Shown one piece after another: positions 38,400-51,799 of a stretch of DNA of 64,000 nt. Position numbers and translations under genes: made by a program. The notes under the pieces are model-generated. The model was not told where the DNA came from, searched no databases, and saw only the letters and a list, made by a program, of their open reading frames with translations. Position 1 is the stretch's first letter, and every line of letters starts with the position of its first letter. Origin of the DNA: Raillietiella orientalis (lineage: Eukaryota); assembly GCA_036172245.1 (NCBI GenBank), contig JAYWIR010000006.1, positions 4,464,001 to 4,528,000 of the forward strand. The letters are read 5' to 3'.

Positions 38400-40074
38400 G
38401 TATCCATCACTGAAGGCTGGTGATTCAGGAAGTTCTTCCTGGAAGGCTTGACATTGCTATGTGGACTTGTATTGTGAGCCAAAGATCACTGGAGAGCATC
38501 CAAGCTTGCATTCTCCTCTGGCAAAAAGAAACCACTCAGATGGGAACTTCGGCCTTCGGAAAGATTTCGTTTGCAATGACCGCAACTTTGCTGGAGGACC
38601 ATTTCCGCTCTGCATCAAGGCTCTTTATAGGAAATGGCCACAACCCCCGCACATCCTGCCTCTTTTGAACGGGAGGGATCCGGGGATGGAGTTAGAGTTG
38701 TGAAGATGGTTACACAACGCCAGAGCGAGAGAGAGGGTGGCTCAGCTGAAGATGCGTAAGTAGTGCCTCCGTGGCCTGATGGCTGCATTACTACTGCTTC
38801 GACATTTGCTGCCTTCCCTTCCTCATTCACTTCCGTGAATGACCACAGAGGTCTTTTAAGATACCAAGAAAGAGACGGGCATCGAAAAGATGCTCGGATG
38901 CTCATTAAGAGCTTGCTTGCGCATTTTGCAGTTTTTTCGGCTCTCTCCCGAGAATTGGCGCTGCAGTGGCTTTTTGCGCTCTTCCCTTGCGGAGGGAGTT
39001 CTTTGTGGTCAGACAACCCGACTTGGGACCACCTCAAGGAAGTGATCTGTGAACTCGCTGCTGACTTCACCGTCCTTCCTCCTGTTTCAGATGCTACCTT
39101 CATGAGCGCGGCTCCACCTCGGTCCTCGTTCGAATGCTCCTGTCGACCGTGTGACCAGCTGCCCGAAGTCCACCCGTGAGCCGAGATGCTGCAGGCGGCA
39201 AACTTCTCCAGTACAGGAGACAAACCCGACATCCACGCGATTCTCTGCTTTGTTTCGCTTTTATTTACGGCTGGCAGCCGTCAGCAGACTCCTCCAGAAA
39301 GCCTGCCCACGCTTTTTGTAATCTTCCTTCTGTTCCCGTCCGCCGCTTTTCCAGAATGGGGCGCGTGCATAGCCTCATCCCGAAGAGGGCTGTGTGCTAA
39401 CCGGCTGCTGTAGCTCGCTCCTGGAGTTCGCAAGCGCGTGTACATACGCCATTCCAACGGTGCCCCCTCACTTGGATGCAGGCCGTATTGCTCTTCCTCC
39501 ACTGGGGATTCCAGTGTGACGAGCGACGGCACCGGGTTTCCGGAGAGGTGGCATCCTTGAACTGTGCGAGGTGTGGGTCGGCGAAGTCGATTCCTCCGCA
39601 CCTGCTTTTGGACTGGCATCCCCTCCAAGAACTGTGGAGAAGGCTGGCATGAGCAATCCTGCACCAGGAGGACACTGCCAGAGACGGTGGAAGGAAGAAC
39701 CTGGAAGAGGAAGCCAAGGAGATCACCGACATCCACCGCCGGTTTATGGATGGTTAGGAACGGCGGACCTGGTGATTCCTATTCCCTCCCTCTCTTTATT
39801 TTTTTTACTCCCCATCTCTATTTGGTCCGTAACTTCCTCGGTGCTTTTTGTCTTCATCCCGGTGCGTCTAGAGCGAACCCAAAGATCCCTGTCCCATCCC
39901 GCCGTATCTATTTTTGGTTTTCTCCCTATCCCTTTCCTCGTTCCGGACTTTCTGTTGTCTCGGCCTGCCTTCTGGTGCTCCCCTTAAACTTCTGTGTTAG
40001 TCGGTTGGAAACGGGGTTCCCAACTGGTTGATTTTTTCATAAAATGAACTCCCCGACGTGACCAGGTGAAAAAA
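38400..40074 (+). mobile_element. 5'-truncated L1/Tx1-like copy
   Basis: CARCGSAKSIPPHLLLDWHPLQELWRRL at 39563, a T-rich UTR, and the terminus at 40043-40074. Confidence 0.8.
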
Positions 40075-40099
40075 CTTCTCTCCTGTTCCACCTAAGAAC

Positions 40100-42400
40100 G
40101 GAAGCTGGAATCACCACAATCAAGTAAGAGTAATGAATCGTAATGTCACCGCTGACAGAATTTAATTCATGCACGAGTTCATTGAGGTACTGGTGCGTCC
40201 AGAACGCCTCTATTTCTCCTTAAAGCAAGCATGGACACGTAAATCATAGATATCCTTTCCTGGAGTCCAGGAAGCAAACCTCCTAAGAGAGTTGTCATGA
40301 AGCAGATGAAGACATGCAAGTCATTATTGGCCAGGAGGTAGAAAAGGTGGATTTGACCGACTGTCAATATGTCTTTCGTCGCCAGCTGCTCCGATAACCA
40401 ACAAGTCATTCCCGGTATGTGGATCGTGCTGGACAACGAGGTACTGAATTTGCAGAAATGGTTGAACCTCTCCGTGTTGTAGAGTAACCGGTTCCTGGGG
40501 AACTTCATCAACTCTGTCTGGATGAAACTTTCTATGTTATTCTGAACCTCCATACTCTCCTGAGGTGAGGAACTGCGTACGCTGGAAGGGGTGGTCTGAC
40601 TGAGCAGTGGAAAAGCACGAAGTAGAATTCAACAGGTATAAGGTGGAGACGGTGGTTCACTGACCTCATCACCAAGGCAACCCATTGTTCAGCTTCCGCT
40701 TCCACGATGGCAGCCTTGGTGCGATCCTGAAAGCGAATGCGGCTGCGGCTGCAATCTGAGTCTCCTACAGGGAAGCAAGCGCGATCTTCGGAGAGTCAGT
40801 TGCGACCGCAAGTCGCATTCTCCCCTGCCCACTGGCACCCGGAACAGGTTGCCGGCACTTGCTGGGTGAATTGTTCACTCTCATTAGGATGTGATTCCCG
40901 TGCAGCCGAGGGATCCAGCACAAAGGAGGTACAGCAGTCTTCTTCTGCTGCTCCTGCGTTGAACTGCGAGTTCTCCTTTCCAGGACTGCTGCATTGTCAG
41001 CCTTCGGGATCATCTGTGCACGGCGTGTGACATCTCTCCTGGTGAGGTTCGCACATTACCGACCCCTTTGGAACCGACGGTGTCATAGCAGGGGTGTTGC
41101 TCATGAAGTGTTGAGATCAGGCTCATCCACGAGATGGGGTCGAGGGTCAGGAGAGCATCAAAGGCAAGAAGAGAATTCGCCAGAACTCTCGACTTTTGGC
41201 GTCTTCGCAGAAAGGTCGGTGCTAGGATCTGGCAAGTAGGAAGCCGTGTCTCCTCAGCCCATCGCCCTCCTGGTTTTGACCTCAAGGGTCAGCGGATCAG
41301 TGGGAAATGGGGTGACAAGGAAGAAGGCAGCAGAGAGAGGAAAGCACAGGAAGATGTCCGATAGCAGGGTCGTAAGGATGACCTAATGGCCCTGCTTTAG
41401 CCTTCGCCAACTCGAAAAGCAGTCGAACGGCGGAGCCAGCGGAGAAATCCAGCAAGCGCGAGTGTTCAGAGCCGTTGGAGGCCAGCGAGAGCAGAAGAAG
41501 CAAGAAGAGCCCACTCCGAAGTCCCAGCACGAAAGGGGTTCCCTTGCGGGCTCAGAGCTGCCCCGTATGATGTCTGCAGGCTGGCGGAGTCCCCTCTTGC
41601 CCGAATCTGCCCAGTCATGGTTACCGTTAGAGACAGAGATTGTCTCCACAGTAACTCCCTCTCCTTTCAGGCCTTCCCACTGCCTTCTTCCTTTGGAGCT
41701 CGGGACTTGCAGGACACCACAAAGTGATCTCGTGTTCTCGAAGCGACTTCCGATTTATCTCCTGGTTCTCGAGTCTTCTGGAGGGAACCGGGAACCCTCT
41801 GTATACGATTGTTCCCTTCCTGGTGCACGCAACGTCCGGCATGTGTTGGAGACGAGGCTGCAGACTGAAGGAGAGATGGGCTGGGGACAGAAACCTCTTT
41901 TCTATTGCGCATGCTCCTTCCTCGCGCACTTCCCTCAGATGCCGCGCAGGCCTCAGATGGTGCAACCGCACCACTCCTTCGGAAGGGTGTGTTCCATTGT
42001 TCGGGAAGTAGTCCACGTTTCACCACGGGAGGAGAGGCGCAAGTTGGGAGGTTGCATTTGTTTCCGGAGTGGCAAAACAACTCTGCTGGAAGCAAGCAGA
42101 CCAATTCTGTGCCAACAAACATAAAGGCATCAGGAAGAATGTTTGCAGATGACCGGAGAAACCAGTACCCGGATCTTCCTTTCCTCTTCCCTACATCCGT
42201 TCAAAACTGGGATGGAGGCTTCAAAATGAAACGGCGATATTGACTCCCCTTCCTGCTGAGGACCTTCGGGATCTTTCACAGCAATCAGCATCCCCACATT
42301 CTTTGAGAATTCCCAGACCTCAAGAAGAAGACTCGAATTTTCCTTTTTGATACCGGGATGCAGTTACCTTGGATCACCGCAAGAAATCTCTGGGAAATCT
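40100..42400 (-). mobile_element. Decayed ORF1-like region and start of an APE-like region of a non-LTR element
   Basis: KDILTVGQIH (cf. DIxxLQETH) in ORF 40179..40553; ORF1-like composition upstream. Weak support. Confidence 0.35.
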
Positions 42401-42468
42401 GCCAGGAAACTTTCAATTCCAGGTTTCTTTTTCAACTTCAGAAGGCAAAGGGCGGAATCCCTCGTTTT

Positions 42469-43450
42469 CACCCGGATATGCCGGGGCATTTATTTGAGAG
42501 AAACAAAAGAACAATGAATACTTCACGTGGCGAGCCCAGGGACTCACCACTCCACGACAGCTTGCTTGGTGCCGGTGCGGAACCGGCGAGGTCCGTCCGA
42601 CGCGCGGGGGTTGGGAAAGAAAAAAAAAACAAACAAAAAGTTCAAACCTGGGAGGGCACAAATGTTTTAGGGATGGGAGGGTCCTCTAGATCCTGTTGAG
42701 GATCCTCACAAGCTGCGTCCTATCTGCGCCCAAATGGCTCCACTTGCAGACGGTTCGCACGAAAATGCGAGTCCAACTTAAGGCGTTGCCGGTTGGCTGA
42801 CGTCTTCTTCTGGTTGCGTTCCAAGCCGCCACGATCCCTCGAATGCAGCAGAGGACTGCTACACAGGCGGGCAGGGACAAGGCGTCACGACAGAAGAGGC
42901 GCCTGAAAACGTCCTTAGGGCCGCATCCGCGCAAGTCCAAAATCGCCGCAAGACGATCCCAGAGAGGGCGGAGGGCACTGCACTTAATCAGAAGGTGGGG
43001 GAATGACTCCCTCTTGGTCAGATTGTAGGGAGAACCCCCATTGAGCGCATACAGACGTGCAGTTGAGAGATCTTCCGTACACCTCGGCTTTCATGATCAC
43101 CCTCTCTGCGCTTACGCGAGTTCCGTTCCTCAGCACTCGGTGCGGTCCCACCGCGCCTCGTGTGTTCTCGAAAGATTCTCAGAAACAGGAAGAGCTCAGG
43201 CCGCTCATTGATGCCGCGTCTGGGAGCTTCCGAAGAAGTTACGTGCCAGCAAATGTTTGGCACTTTCAACGCATTCTCGACAAGCTGCTGAACACACGTG
43301 AAGGTCACCGCTGTCGATGATTCTAGTATCACGAAGAGCTTTCAAGAAGCCACTCCCATGCCGAGCATTTCGGTAGGTTTTCCACCTACACCCGGTGGTA
43401 GGGAGCTCCCGTTTCCTCAGCATTGCTGTTATGAAGCAAAGAGGAATGGG
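42469..43450 (-). mobile_element. 5'-truncated L1/Tx1-like copy
   Basis: ESFPHLLIKCSALR at ~42970-43010, AVLCCIRGIVAA (paralogous to ~28110-28150), and the terminus at 42469-42494. Confidence 0.8.
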
Positions 43451-43620
43451 AACGCGATGCAATCACCACCATCATGGAAAACAAAACGGAATGTTTCATC
43501 CAAAAGGTTTTCGAAGTTTCGAGGCACATATTTCGAGGAATTCTGGATATCTTGGGTATGTTTTTCGGAAATGCAACTAGCTGCTCCAGAAGGGCGTTTC
43601 GTGGATAAATGTGCACATAG

Positions 43621-43673
43621 GAGATCACAGTATCTGATAAGCGGTGCTAGAGCTCATCAGATACTGTGATTTC
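43621..43673. repeat. Long hairpin with 15-bp perfect arms (43624-43638 / 43656-43670), extendable with G-U pairs
   Basis: GAG-ATCACAGTATCTGAT-AAGCGGTGCTAGAGCTC-ATCAGATACTGTGAT-TTC read directly. Confidence 0.9.
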
Positions 43674-43799
43674 TTGTGGCATCTGAGAAGTCACATTAGT
43701 CACAATTCCATCTAGTGTCTTTCCTCACTTTGAAAAGCCCATTTTCAGGGAAACTTTCGTTTCTCTTTGCCCATTTGGGCCTTTGGAAGATGAGAATGT

Positions 43800-46700
43800 T
43801 ATTCGTAAGGCGCATGCTGGGCACGGTCTGGAATGTTGCGAGGGAACGCTATGGCCCAAAGATGGCGAAACCGTCAGTTCCTCCTAAGTTCCGGAACTTG
43901 AATGGGTCTAAGGTGTGGAAAACACACAAAACCAAGTGGGTAGGGGATGGAAGATCTCTCTTGCACCTAGCATCCAGCGTGCACGTCTCTATGCAGGCGA
44001 TCAGCAACAGATTATCGAATCTAAACACATGCTGCACGCGAGTTTCAACTTAACCCAGTTGACCTTTCTGCTGACGATGGTAAATTCTCAATGTGCTCAG
44101 ATTCCGAAACGAGATATTACAGTTGGCATTCATGGCCACGAGGCTAAAGGAGCGCATTTGTAGGGACGAAAGGATAATCGACGAATGGAAAAATGTACGT
44201 CGCGGTCATGAGTCCAGTGAGACGGAATACCTGAGACAAGGTCCCAGGTCACAAGGCATCAGTTGGCGATATAAACCAGAGAGAATGCATCCTCCTGCCG
44301 CACAGCAACACATGTACGTACACTGTCCAGCAGTTTGTTTACTTGAGATATCTCACTGGTATTGCAGATGAATAACTCCCAGACTGTGTTAAAGGTTTTG
44401 AAAGAGACACAGGAACAGCAGCAGGAACTTCCAAAGCGCTGTTTCTGGACACCAGTTAATAAGGGAGTGGATCCGCCATTACTGCCAAAGGGCTCGCAAG
44501 ACAAGCCGCACCATTTTTAAGGTGTGCGGTCCGAAATATCCAGAACTCCGATTGCTTGACACCCAAGGATGTTAGGGGATGGTCCTATTCCCTGCATGTC
44601 GAGGAAATGCCCTGACAAAAAGTTTTAATTTTCAAAGACTTGTGAACCCGTTTGGCTGACCTCCCATTTCCGAAATCTTTGATTCCAACCCATTCCAAAG
44701 TTCCAGGAATCCAGTAACTGCTCCAGGAAATGCAAAAGGAAACGGATGTTGCCGAAAACAGAATGCGGGGGCACAGACATTCGTAAGATACTCCAAGAGA
44801 TCTTTAGCAGGAGAGGGAATCAATACAGCGGTTCCATTGTGAAGTCTTTATCCCAGTTTTGAGCTGACCTGGAGAAGGGCTGTCTCTTCATAGGAGAAGC
44901 ACCTTGAGCTCTCCGTGTCACTCCTTCTACTCCGGGTTCATGGAACTCTTATCTTTCTGTCTTATTTTAGTGCGAGATCACGCTTGCCCGCCAAGTTCTC
45001 GCCTCTGCCTCAGAGAAAGAGATCATCTACGCCTCCAGTCGTTTGCAACTGACGTTTTTCTCGTGTAGAGCGGACGGCCTTGCAGATAGAGGAGTGGCAA
45101 TGGCTGAGACCCACTTTCTTCGGTCCACATCTACTTCTTTCAGGGAGACATTGTCAGATCTTTGATAGGACACTAAGCATGATGCGTATTCAGGTGCTCA
45201 CTGGCCCCTACCGACGTAGTTTGCAAAGCTGCAGTAGACGCACTGACGTCCTCGCCACAGGGCAACGATCGGCTTCAGTGAGAATCCAGGAGCCCTCACG
45301 AAGTCTCGACTGCAAGGTAGCAACGACGCCAGGCCCTCGCAACAGAGTAATCTGCTCAGGATTTCGCGCGCAAAGGCACCAGCATGCTGCAACCGGTTCT
45401 TGACCATGAAGGTGCCATCATCCCTGACTGGAGCTGCAGATCCATCTTTTTCATTCCTTCTCCACAGCTAATAGCTCGAAGAATCTCTTGAGTGCCGCCG
45501 TCGGGGATGACATTGGGAAGAGCTATCTCTTGGCAGAGGTACTGCAAGTCGCGAAGAAGTTTTCGACCCTTGCCGCAGAGCTGTCTGTCTGAAGGATAAG
45601 GGACAACAGCTATTGATTAGCGAGATGGAGTGCCTCCTCTATAATTACAGGAAAGAAGAAAAACCTTTAAATGAACGTCTTAGCGTCATCGGGTAAAAAC
45701 TGGATCAGCACGATCAACTCCGGTAGCAAAGAAGCCGTCTCTGGAAAAACTCCGCAGGCATACCGTCTCCCCCTGGTATCTTCCTCTTCCTGAGCGCTTC
45801 GGAAGTGGCAATGATCTCCGCGATCGAGAGCGGCTCCTTCAGGAGCGCTCGTTCCTCCTCCTCCCCCTATCGCGGTGGTGCACCCCTCCGTAGTCGTTGA
45901 GAAGAGACACTGTCCACCGCTGCCCGTGCGTCCGCGTGCAGATATGCTGGAAATGCGGGACTTTGTTTTGTCGCTGCCAGGAGACCCACGTGGAGAGTCC
46001 GGGATTGGCTACCTCCTGAGGCATCTGTCCTCAATTCCGGTAGCTCACTCGTGGAATTCGCGTCAGCTCCTGCAGCCCACAGAAGCATTGAGTTTGCTTA
46101 AGAGCTTCTACAGCACTGGAATAATACTCTGGAGAGCCGTGTTCGATGCTATGCAAACCCTTTCCAGGAAATGTTGCTGATACTTGAGAAAAAAACGCGT
46201 GTGTTTTTTGAAAACGACAATTCGTGTTGCTCTCGGGATCGACGAATCCCGCAATGTGGTTGATTTGCTTACAATGCAAGCAGAACTTCCTAACAGATCG
46301 GATATCAGCGGAAGCCCTCGAAATTCCTCCAGGTTACTTAACCTGTTTCTTGCCCCATCTAGGGAACCAGTACACATCAGAAAACCATCCCGAGACATGA
46401 AAACAACGTGATCATTTCAAACACGCGTGTCGTGAGAATGTCTTCACTTTCCAAATCCCGGAACAAACTGATTAGAAAAGCCTTCATGACGACAAATTCT
46501 GTACAGCATCGCACAGCAAAAGTGAATGCATCTGCTCTAGTTGACCAAGGAAAGCATTTGGTGGCTCACTCTTCGACACTTGTGTGCGATGCGAGAATGG
46601 ATCCTCTGGCCTTGGCGTTCGCTCCTCATAAGGAGCGCCGGATGGTTTCTGCATATCAGCAATCGGTAAGCATCATCATCCAGTGGGAGCCTAAAGTGCT

Positions 46701-46800
46701 TTTCTGAACATGCCGATGGTGTGAAGGACCACGGGTCTGGTGAGCAACGGAGAGAACAGACATTTTTATGGTTGGAACAACCAGGTCACCAATTGCGAGG
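43800..46800 (-). mobile_element. Old decayed L1/Tx1-like ORF2 remnant
   Basis: AIGDL (~46790), RWTVSLLNDY (~45900, cf. NWRPISLLNxDYK) and RDDGTF (~45410) occur in the expected order. Confidence 0.55.
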
Positions 46801-46899
46801 CTCATTTCGAAAGTAAGAGCCGATTGGATATAAAGAGAGCACACATAAAAGAAACTCTATTGCTGTTCGTTGTGTGCAATTACATAGCCTGCTTGTAAG

Positions 46900-49800
46900 G
46901 AGCTCTGGAGAGTCTTCCGCAGTTGTTATTTTCTTCTCCCCGTCTTTGCGGGGCTTCCTGGACTTGCTCGAATTCCTCTGATGGGAGAACATTGTCTAGT
47001 TGGTTGTCGGTTTTCGTTTTCACTTGGGTTGCACAGATAGCACTTGAGTACCGGATACAGATAGTCATCGTGCGGTGCCCCAGTCCCACCAGCTTCTTCT
47101 TTGGTACGCCTAAATGCTGTAATACTTGCTGTAATCACCAGGATCCCATGCTCTTAGAGAGCCGACGATGAGCGCGTGTACTGTACTTTGTTTTCCACCA
47201 TTTCTTGGTCGCATTGCTACATCCTTGTATTTTCCTTCCTTGCTCATTCCGGATGTGCTGAACGTCTTCTTTCGTAGGGGCAGCAGATGTCCAGCACACA
47301 AATCCGATCTCCTTTCTAATTAAAATCGGGTCTGGTTTTCGGCTGCAAGTGGTTCCTGGCACTCTCCGGTTTCCTGAAGCAAGACTCCACTTAGCTTCAT
47401 CCACTGCGGCCTTGCTGATGATTTCTTGGATTGCATCCTGGCGTGCCATCGTTAGAGGAACGTGCTTCTTGCATCTGTTTCGCACGTGGGACAGAGTTTC
47501 GTCCTCCATTTCACAGCGCCGACCTATTCTTTCATGTACCTTTTTTGTTGGTCCAGAGTTGAGTGGAAGTTGGGTCTTGAAGCATGGATGAACTTGTAGT
47601 CTTGGAATCTTAAGTGGATTCCGTTCGTGTGGAAGAAGCTTGAAGAGTGATGCATGCCCACACACTGCATGACTTTCCCTTGACTTCTCTGGTTTTGGAT
47701 TCGGGATTGCCCTGCGTGTTCCCTCTGCAATGCTCTCACGCCGGAGACGAGCCCTCTGCTTGCACTGCTGGCGAAGATTACGCCGTCAACCGTTATACTG
47801 GGTTCCCCTTGTTGAAACTCCTAGAGGGCTTTAATTCTTCTAGAGGCCTTCCTTCCTTGAGTCCAAATGTTCTCTGTATCACTTCTGGGTTTTGTGGTCT
47901 TCTTGCCCGTCATAAATTCCCCGAGATTCTCATCTGTCGGAGCTTCACAGTTACGTTTTTGGACGATTTCTTCCAGGGTTTCTAGTGCTACTTTCTTATA
48001 GCTTTGAAGCAGCTGTCCATGATGGAGAGGTCAGATTCACCGGCTAGCTTCATTAGTCTTAGGCAGCCTTTGGCTCTGTCTCCGTTCAAACATTCGTTAG
48101 CTGCCCAGGATGGTAGGTGTAAGGCCTTCTTTATTTTCTTTCTGATTTCTTCGTCGACATGCTGCCATTCCTCTTTTCGTTGAGTTTCCAGCCTCTAGTG
48201 ATGAACTGGGCTGGGATAGATGAAGGTTTTCAAAGAGTCCATCTTCTGCCATCCTGAGAGTTCACTCTCCAGTATGGCACTCGCCTTCTGGCAGATGTCT
48301 TTCTTGGAAGGCTGTGTTAAATACCTTTACACCGAAGGGTTTTCCAAAATACTTGTATGCCTGCGATGAGGCAATAGAAGGGGTTTTCCCTTTTTTTACC
48401 CGGATTTCCACGTCCCTTGTACGTCTCGGAATCTTGCCGCTGTACAATATCGAGGCGCATTTCGCCGGGTTGATGGATAAGCCGGCTTGCTCGACAAATA
48501 TCTGGAAATGCTCCATCCTCTCTAGGACTTGCGCTTCATCCTTTCCCAGTATGACGATGTCGTCGGCGTAGGCTAATGTCACGTCGTCCCCATAGTTTCG
48601 CCTCATCGAGCGCAGAATCGGCTCAATCGATATGATAAAAAGGAGTGAGCTTAAGGGACATCCCTGCTTCACTCCGCGCCTCACAGAGAAGGTCCAAGTT
48701 TGGGTCTCTTCCAATTGAATGAAGGTGGAATTTCCTGTATATACTTCTTCAATGATATCTATTATTTCTTTCCCGGCCCCTGCTTCCTTCCGTGTTTCCA
48801 TGATTGTGTCATGGGACACTGTGCCGAAGGCATTTGCGAAGTCTATAAATGCTGCTCAGAAGTCCTTCGACGAGAGACGTGCAGCATCCAATCTTGTTTG
48901 TAAGATGAAATTCTGTTCTAGCACTCCATCAAAGGGCAGGAAGCCCTTCTGTTGAGTGCCGATGATCGGATATAAAGAGAGCGCGGACAAAAGAAACAAA
49001 AATGCATTTGTGGTTCTAAACGCATCCATCATCGTGTCATTCTTATACTTAGTCGCCATTTTTTGGCCAAACACTTTTGACACCGTGGACGAAGCTTTTT
49101 AAAACTTTCTGCATCAAATTTCGCCACATGAGAGTTCAGACTGTTCAGCACTGCAGTTTTCTACTCCTCGTTTTCCCCTCCGAATCGCTGAGCCACTTCT
49201 TGAGGTGCAGGAAGACGTGGTAGTCACTGGGAGAGAGGTCAGGACTGTAAAGTGGGTGATCAAAAAGATATCATTTGAATTTCTGAATTGTCTGGAATGT
49301 GCGGAAAAATTTTTCTCATTTCAGCATTCCACGTGGTCGGTTCGGAATGGCACGTCGCAGTTTTCAAGGCATTTCATCACGGTAGACTTGCGAAGCGATG
49401 GTTTGTTCCAGGATCCATAAAGTCCACCAAAAGCACAACCTTTTTGGTCCCACACACTGCTGTCCGCTCATTCCAGACAATCGAGTAATTCGAATGGGAA
49501 CTTTTTCATCACCCAGATCAAGAAGTGGCTCAGGGATTCGAGGGGGGGAATGAGGAGTTGAAAACTGCAGTGCTGACCTGCCTGAGCTCACACGCGGAAG
49601 AATTTCACGTAGAGGACTTCAAAAAGGCTGTTCCACGGTGTCAAAAGTGTTTGGCAAAAAGATGGCGACTACTCAGAAAGATGATATGGGGATATTTGCG
49701 TTTAGAACCACAAATGCATTTTTGTTTCTCTTATTTGTTCTTTCCTTATAGGCGATCGACTCTTACTTTTGGAATGCGCCTCGTATGTGCGGTTGCGGTG

Positions 49801-50100
49801 CTTTGCACACGGGAAAAGGCATAAAGAATGCAGAATGCAAGTGTTCCTGCGTTCTCATCATGCGTCATAAGCACTCTTGCTGTCTCCCTCCGATGAACTA
49901 CAACGCACCCTCAAGTCCACTCAGTAATTTCACGATTTGTTATCATTCAACGTTCTCAGTCACAGAAAGCAATTGCATGTCTTGAGCCGTTGGAACGCAA
50001 CTGGAGAGGCTATCTACGCTGGGTCCGGATGAACAGGCTGATTTGAAAACGGATTCCCGAGGCAGCCCCTCCCAGAAAGCATCCGAGTCGCCTGGTGCCA
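46900..50100 (-). mobile_element. Decayed R2-group non-LTR retrotransposon with RT and restriction-like endonuclease (Utopia/NeSL-like), interrupted by a MITE
   Basis: RT motifs: QKGFLPFDGVLEQNFILQ, FIDFANAFGTVSH, GVKQGCPLSSLLF, LAYADDIV, GLSINPAKC, YKYFG, LSGWQKMDSLKTFIYP. C-terminus: RRCEMEDETLSHVRNRC, RQDAI, RKPD, KEGKY, IVGSLRAWDP. The 5' limit is uncertain and may extend to ~51 kb. Confidence 0.92.
48971..49750. mobile_element. MITE/foldback-type non-autonomous DNA transposon with ~233-bp terminal inverted repeats (48971-49203 / 49518-49750) and a probable TA target duplication
   Basis: The inner 123 bp of the arms align without gaps at 94/123 by manual count. The blocks CCACGGTGTCAAAAGTGTTTGGC and TGCGTTTAGAACCACAAATGCATTTTTGTTTCT are shared exactly. 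Both ends are TATA. Confidence 0.9.
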
Positions 50101-51799
50101 TCTTCGTTGGTGCAGATAGGGAAATTGTACCCGACAGCGCCGAAAGATTCAGTAATAGTGAATGTACGGGGAACTACCGTCATCAGCCTACTCAATTCGC
50201 GACAGGTCTATTCAAAGAGTTTCTTCTTCAAGTGTCTGACTGAGGGAGAGCGCGGGCTTACGAGCAGGAGGGGAGCAGACAGGTGCAGCGGCTCCGCTTG
50301 CTATGAGGTAACTCCGAGGAAGAGTAAAGAACTCTCCGGAAAATTCTGCGGCTCAGGTGAAGTTCGGAATGGCAGCACGCAGGTGAGGCAGCACGTGTGC
50401 TGCGGAGTTCTTGCGTCCGCAGAGAGCAGCGCGGTCCACGTGGGGAAAGCCACCAAGCGGCTTCCTTGCCTGCTCGACATCCATGGGCGATCGGCGCTGC
50501 TGAAATTCTCGTGCTGCTTCACGGAGTGGATGGCGCCTCTTAAGCAGCACACAGAGAAAGCATTCCTCCTCAAAGGAGGACGCATTCAAGCTTCCAGTAC
50601 TGGTTGTCTCGTCCGAAATCAACGTCTCTGCAGCGAGTGCTGTGCCATTCCGTTTGATTCTGCAGAACGGAACATTTTCTCAAGAGCCGTCCATTGGTCT
50701 TCGAGGAACCAGATTTTTTCCCCAAAACCAGTGGCCGAGCATGGGCAAGGGTGGTGGTGAAATTCGCTGCCGACGCTTAAGAGGTTAAATTTCTGAGCGG
50801 AAGCAGTCTGAGATATCGCTTAGGTTTGCTGGCACTCTTAGTTGCTGAATCAACAAGTAACGTCCACATTGCTCCAGATCCTCAGCGATCTCTGTGCAGA
50901 TTTTCACTGGACAGTGCTCTCACCTCGTCTTTGAAGCCCCAACACTTCTTTCCCACTTGTTCTGCATCGATTTGTGGACAGGAATGCAGCACGCAATATG
51001 AATCGGAATCTTTCTTTGGAGGAAGGCTGCCATTGCCAGCCTGCTCTGAGGAACTTTACGCCTTTGCGACTGACCATCCAAAGTCCAAGTCCAACCTTGA
51101 CGCACGAATTCCGATTTGGGTTCCCGGAATTCCAGTTCCAGAAAAAATTGAAATTACGACGGAAGGAACGCTCCTCGTTCCAGATAGAATGCGAAGATTT
51201 CGAAGAGAAGGCTCCTGCAACCAGGTTACAGAAGAGAAACACGCAATCATGATGATGACTGCATTCCATGCAAATTGCCTGTCTCACCTAGAAACCGTGG
51301 TGTGTTGACGCTCACGCTGGACTATGCTTGCTAAACATACTGTGAGGGAAAGTAAAAAGCTCGTCACGATGGTCAGTTGCCTCTTGATGCTGACATGAGG
51401 CTCTTATCGTTCTCTTATTTAATCTTCTCGCGAAAGAGACTCGAAATTTTCGAACAAATGATGCCCGCTGACCGATTTATTGAGCATCGTTTCATTGAGA
51501 ACGCAAAGCTCACGCGGTAATCGCTTCGCATCGAGAAATAGAGATGCATTTTCGTCATCCCGATTGGCGATCAAAAGGAAATTGAGTCAACTCTATTACT
51601 GCTGGAAAGAACTTTCCTGCGAACCCCATCAGTCTCACACGGAAAACCAACCTATGAGCACGCTGACCGTCACCACTGAATGGTGGGCGAAACAAAACCC
51701 AGTAATTTTCCTCAGCCAGCAAAAATCAGCCCCCGCATTGGCTGAAATTGTTTATCTGAGGCAATTTGTTAGAGATAGACAAGGAAGCCAAATCTGGAA

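Noticed and set aside
43640..43662. Hammerhead ribozyme core (CTGATGA on the minus strand)
   Set aside because: No stem II followed by GAAA; the motif is buried in a simple hairpin.
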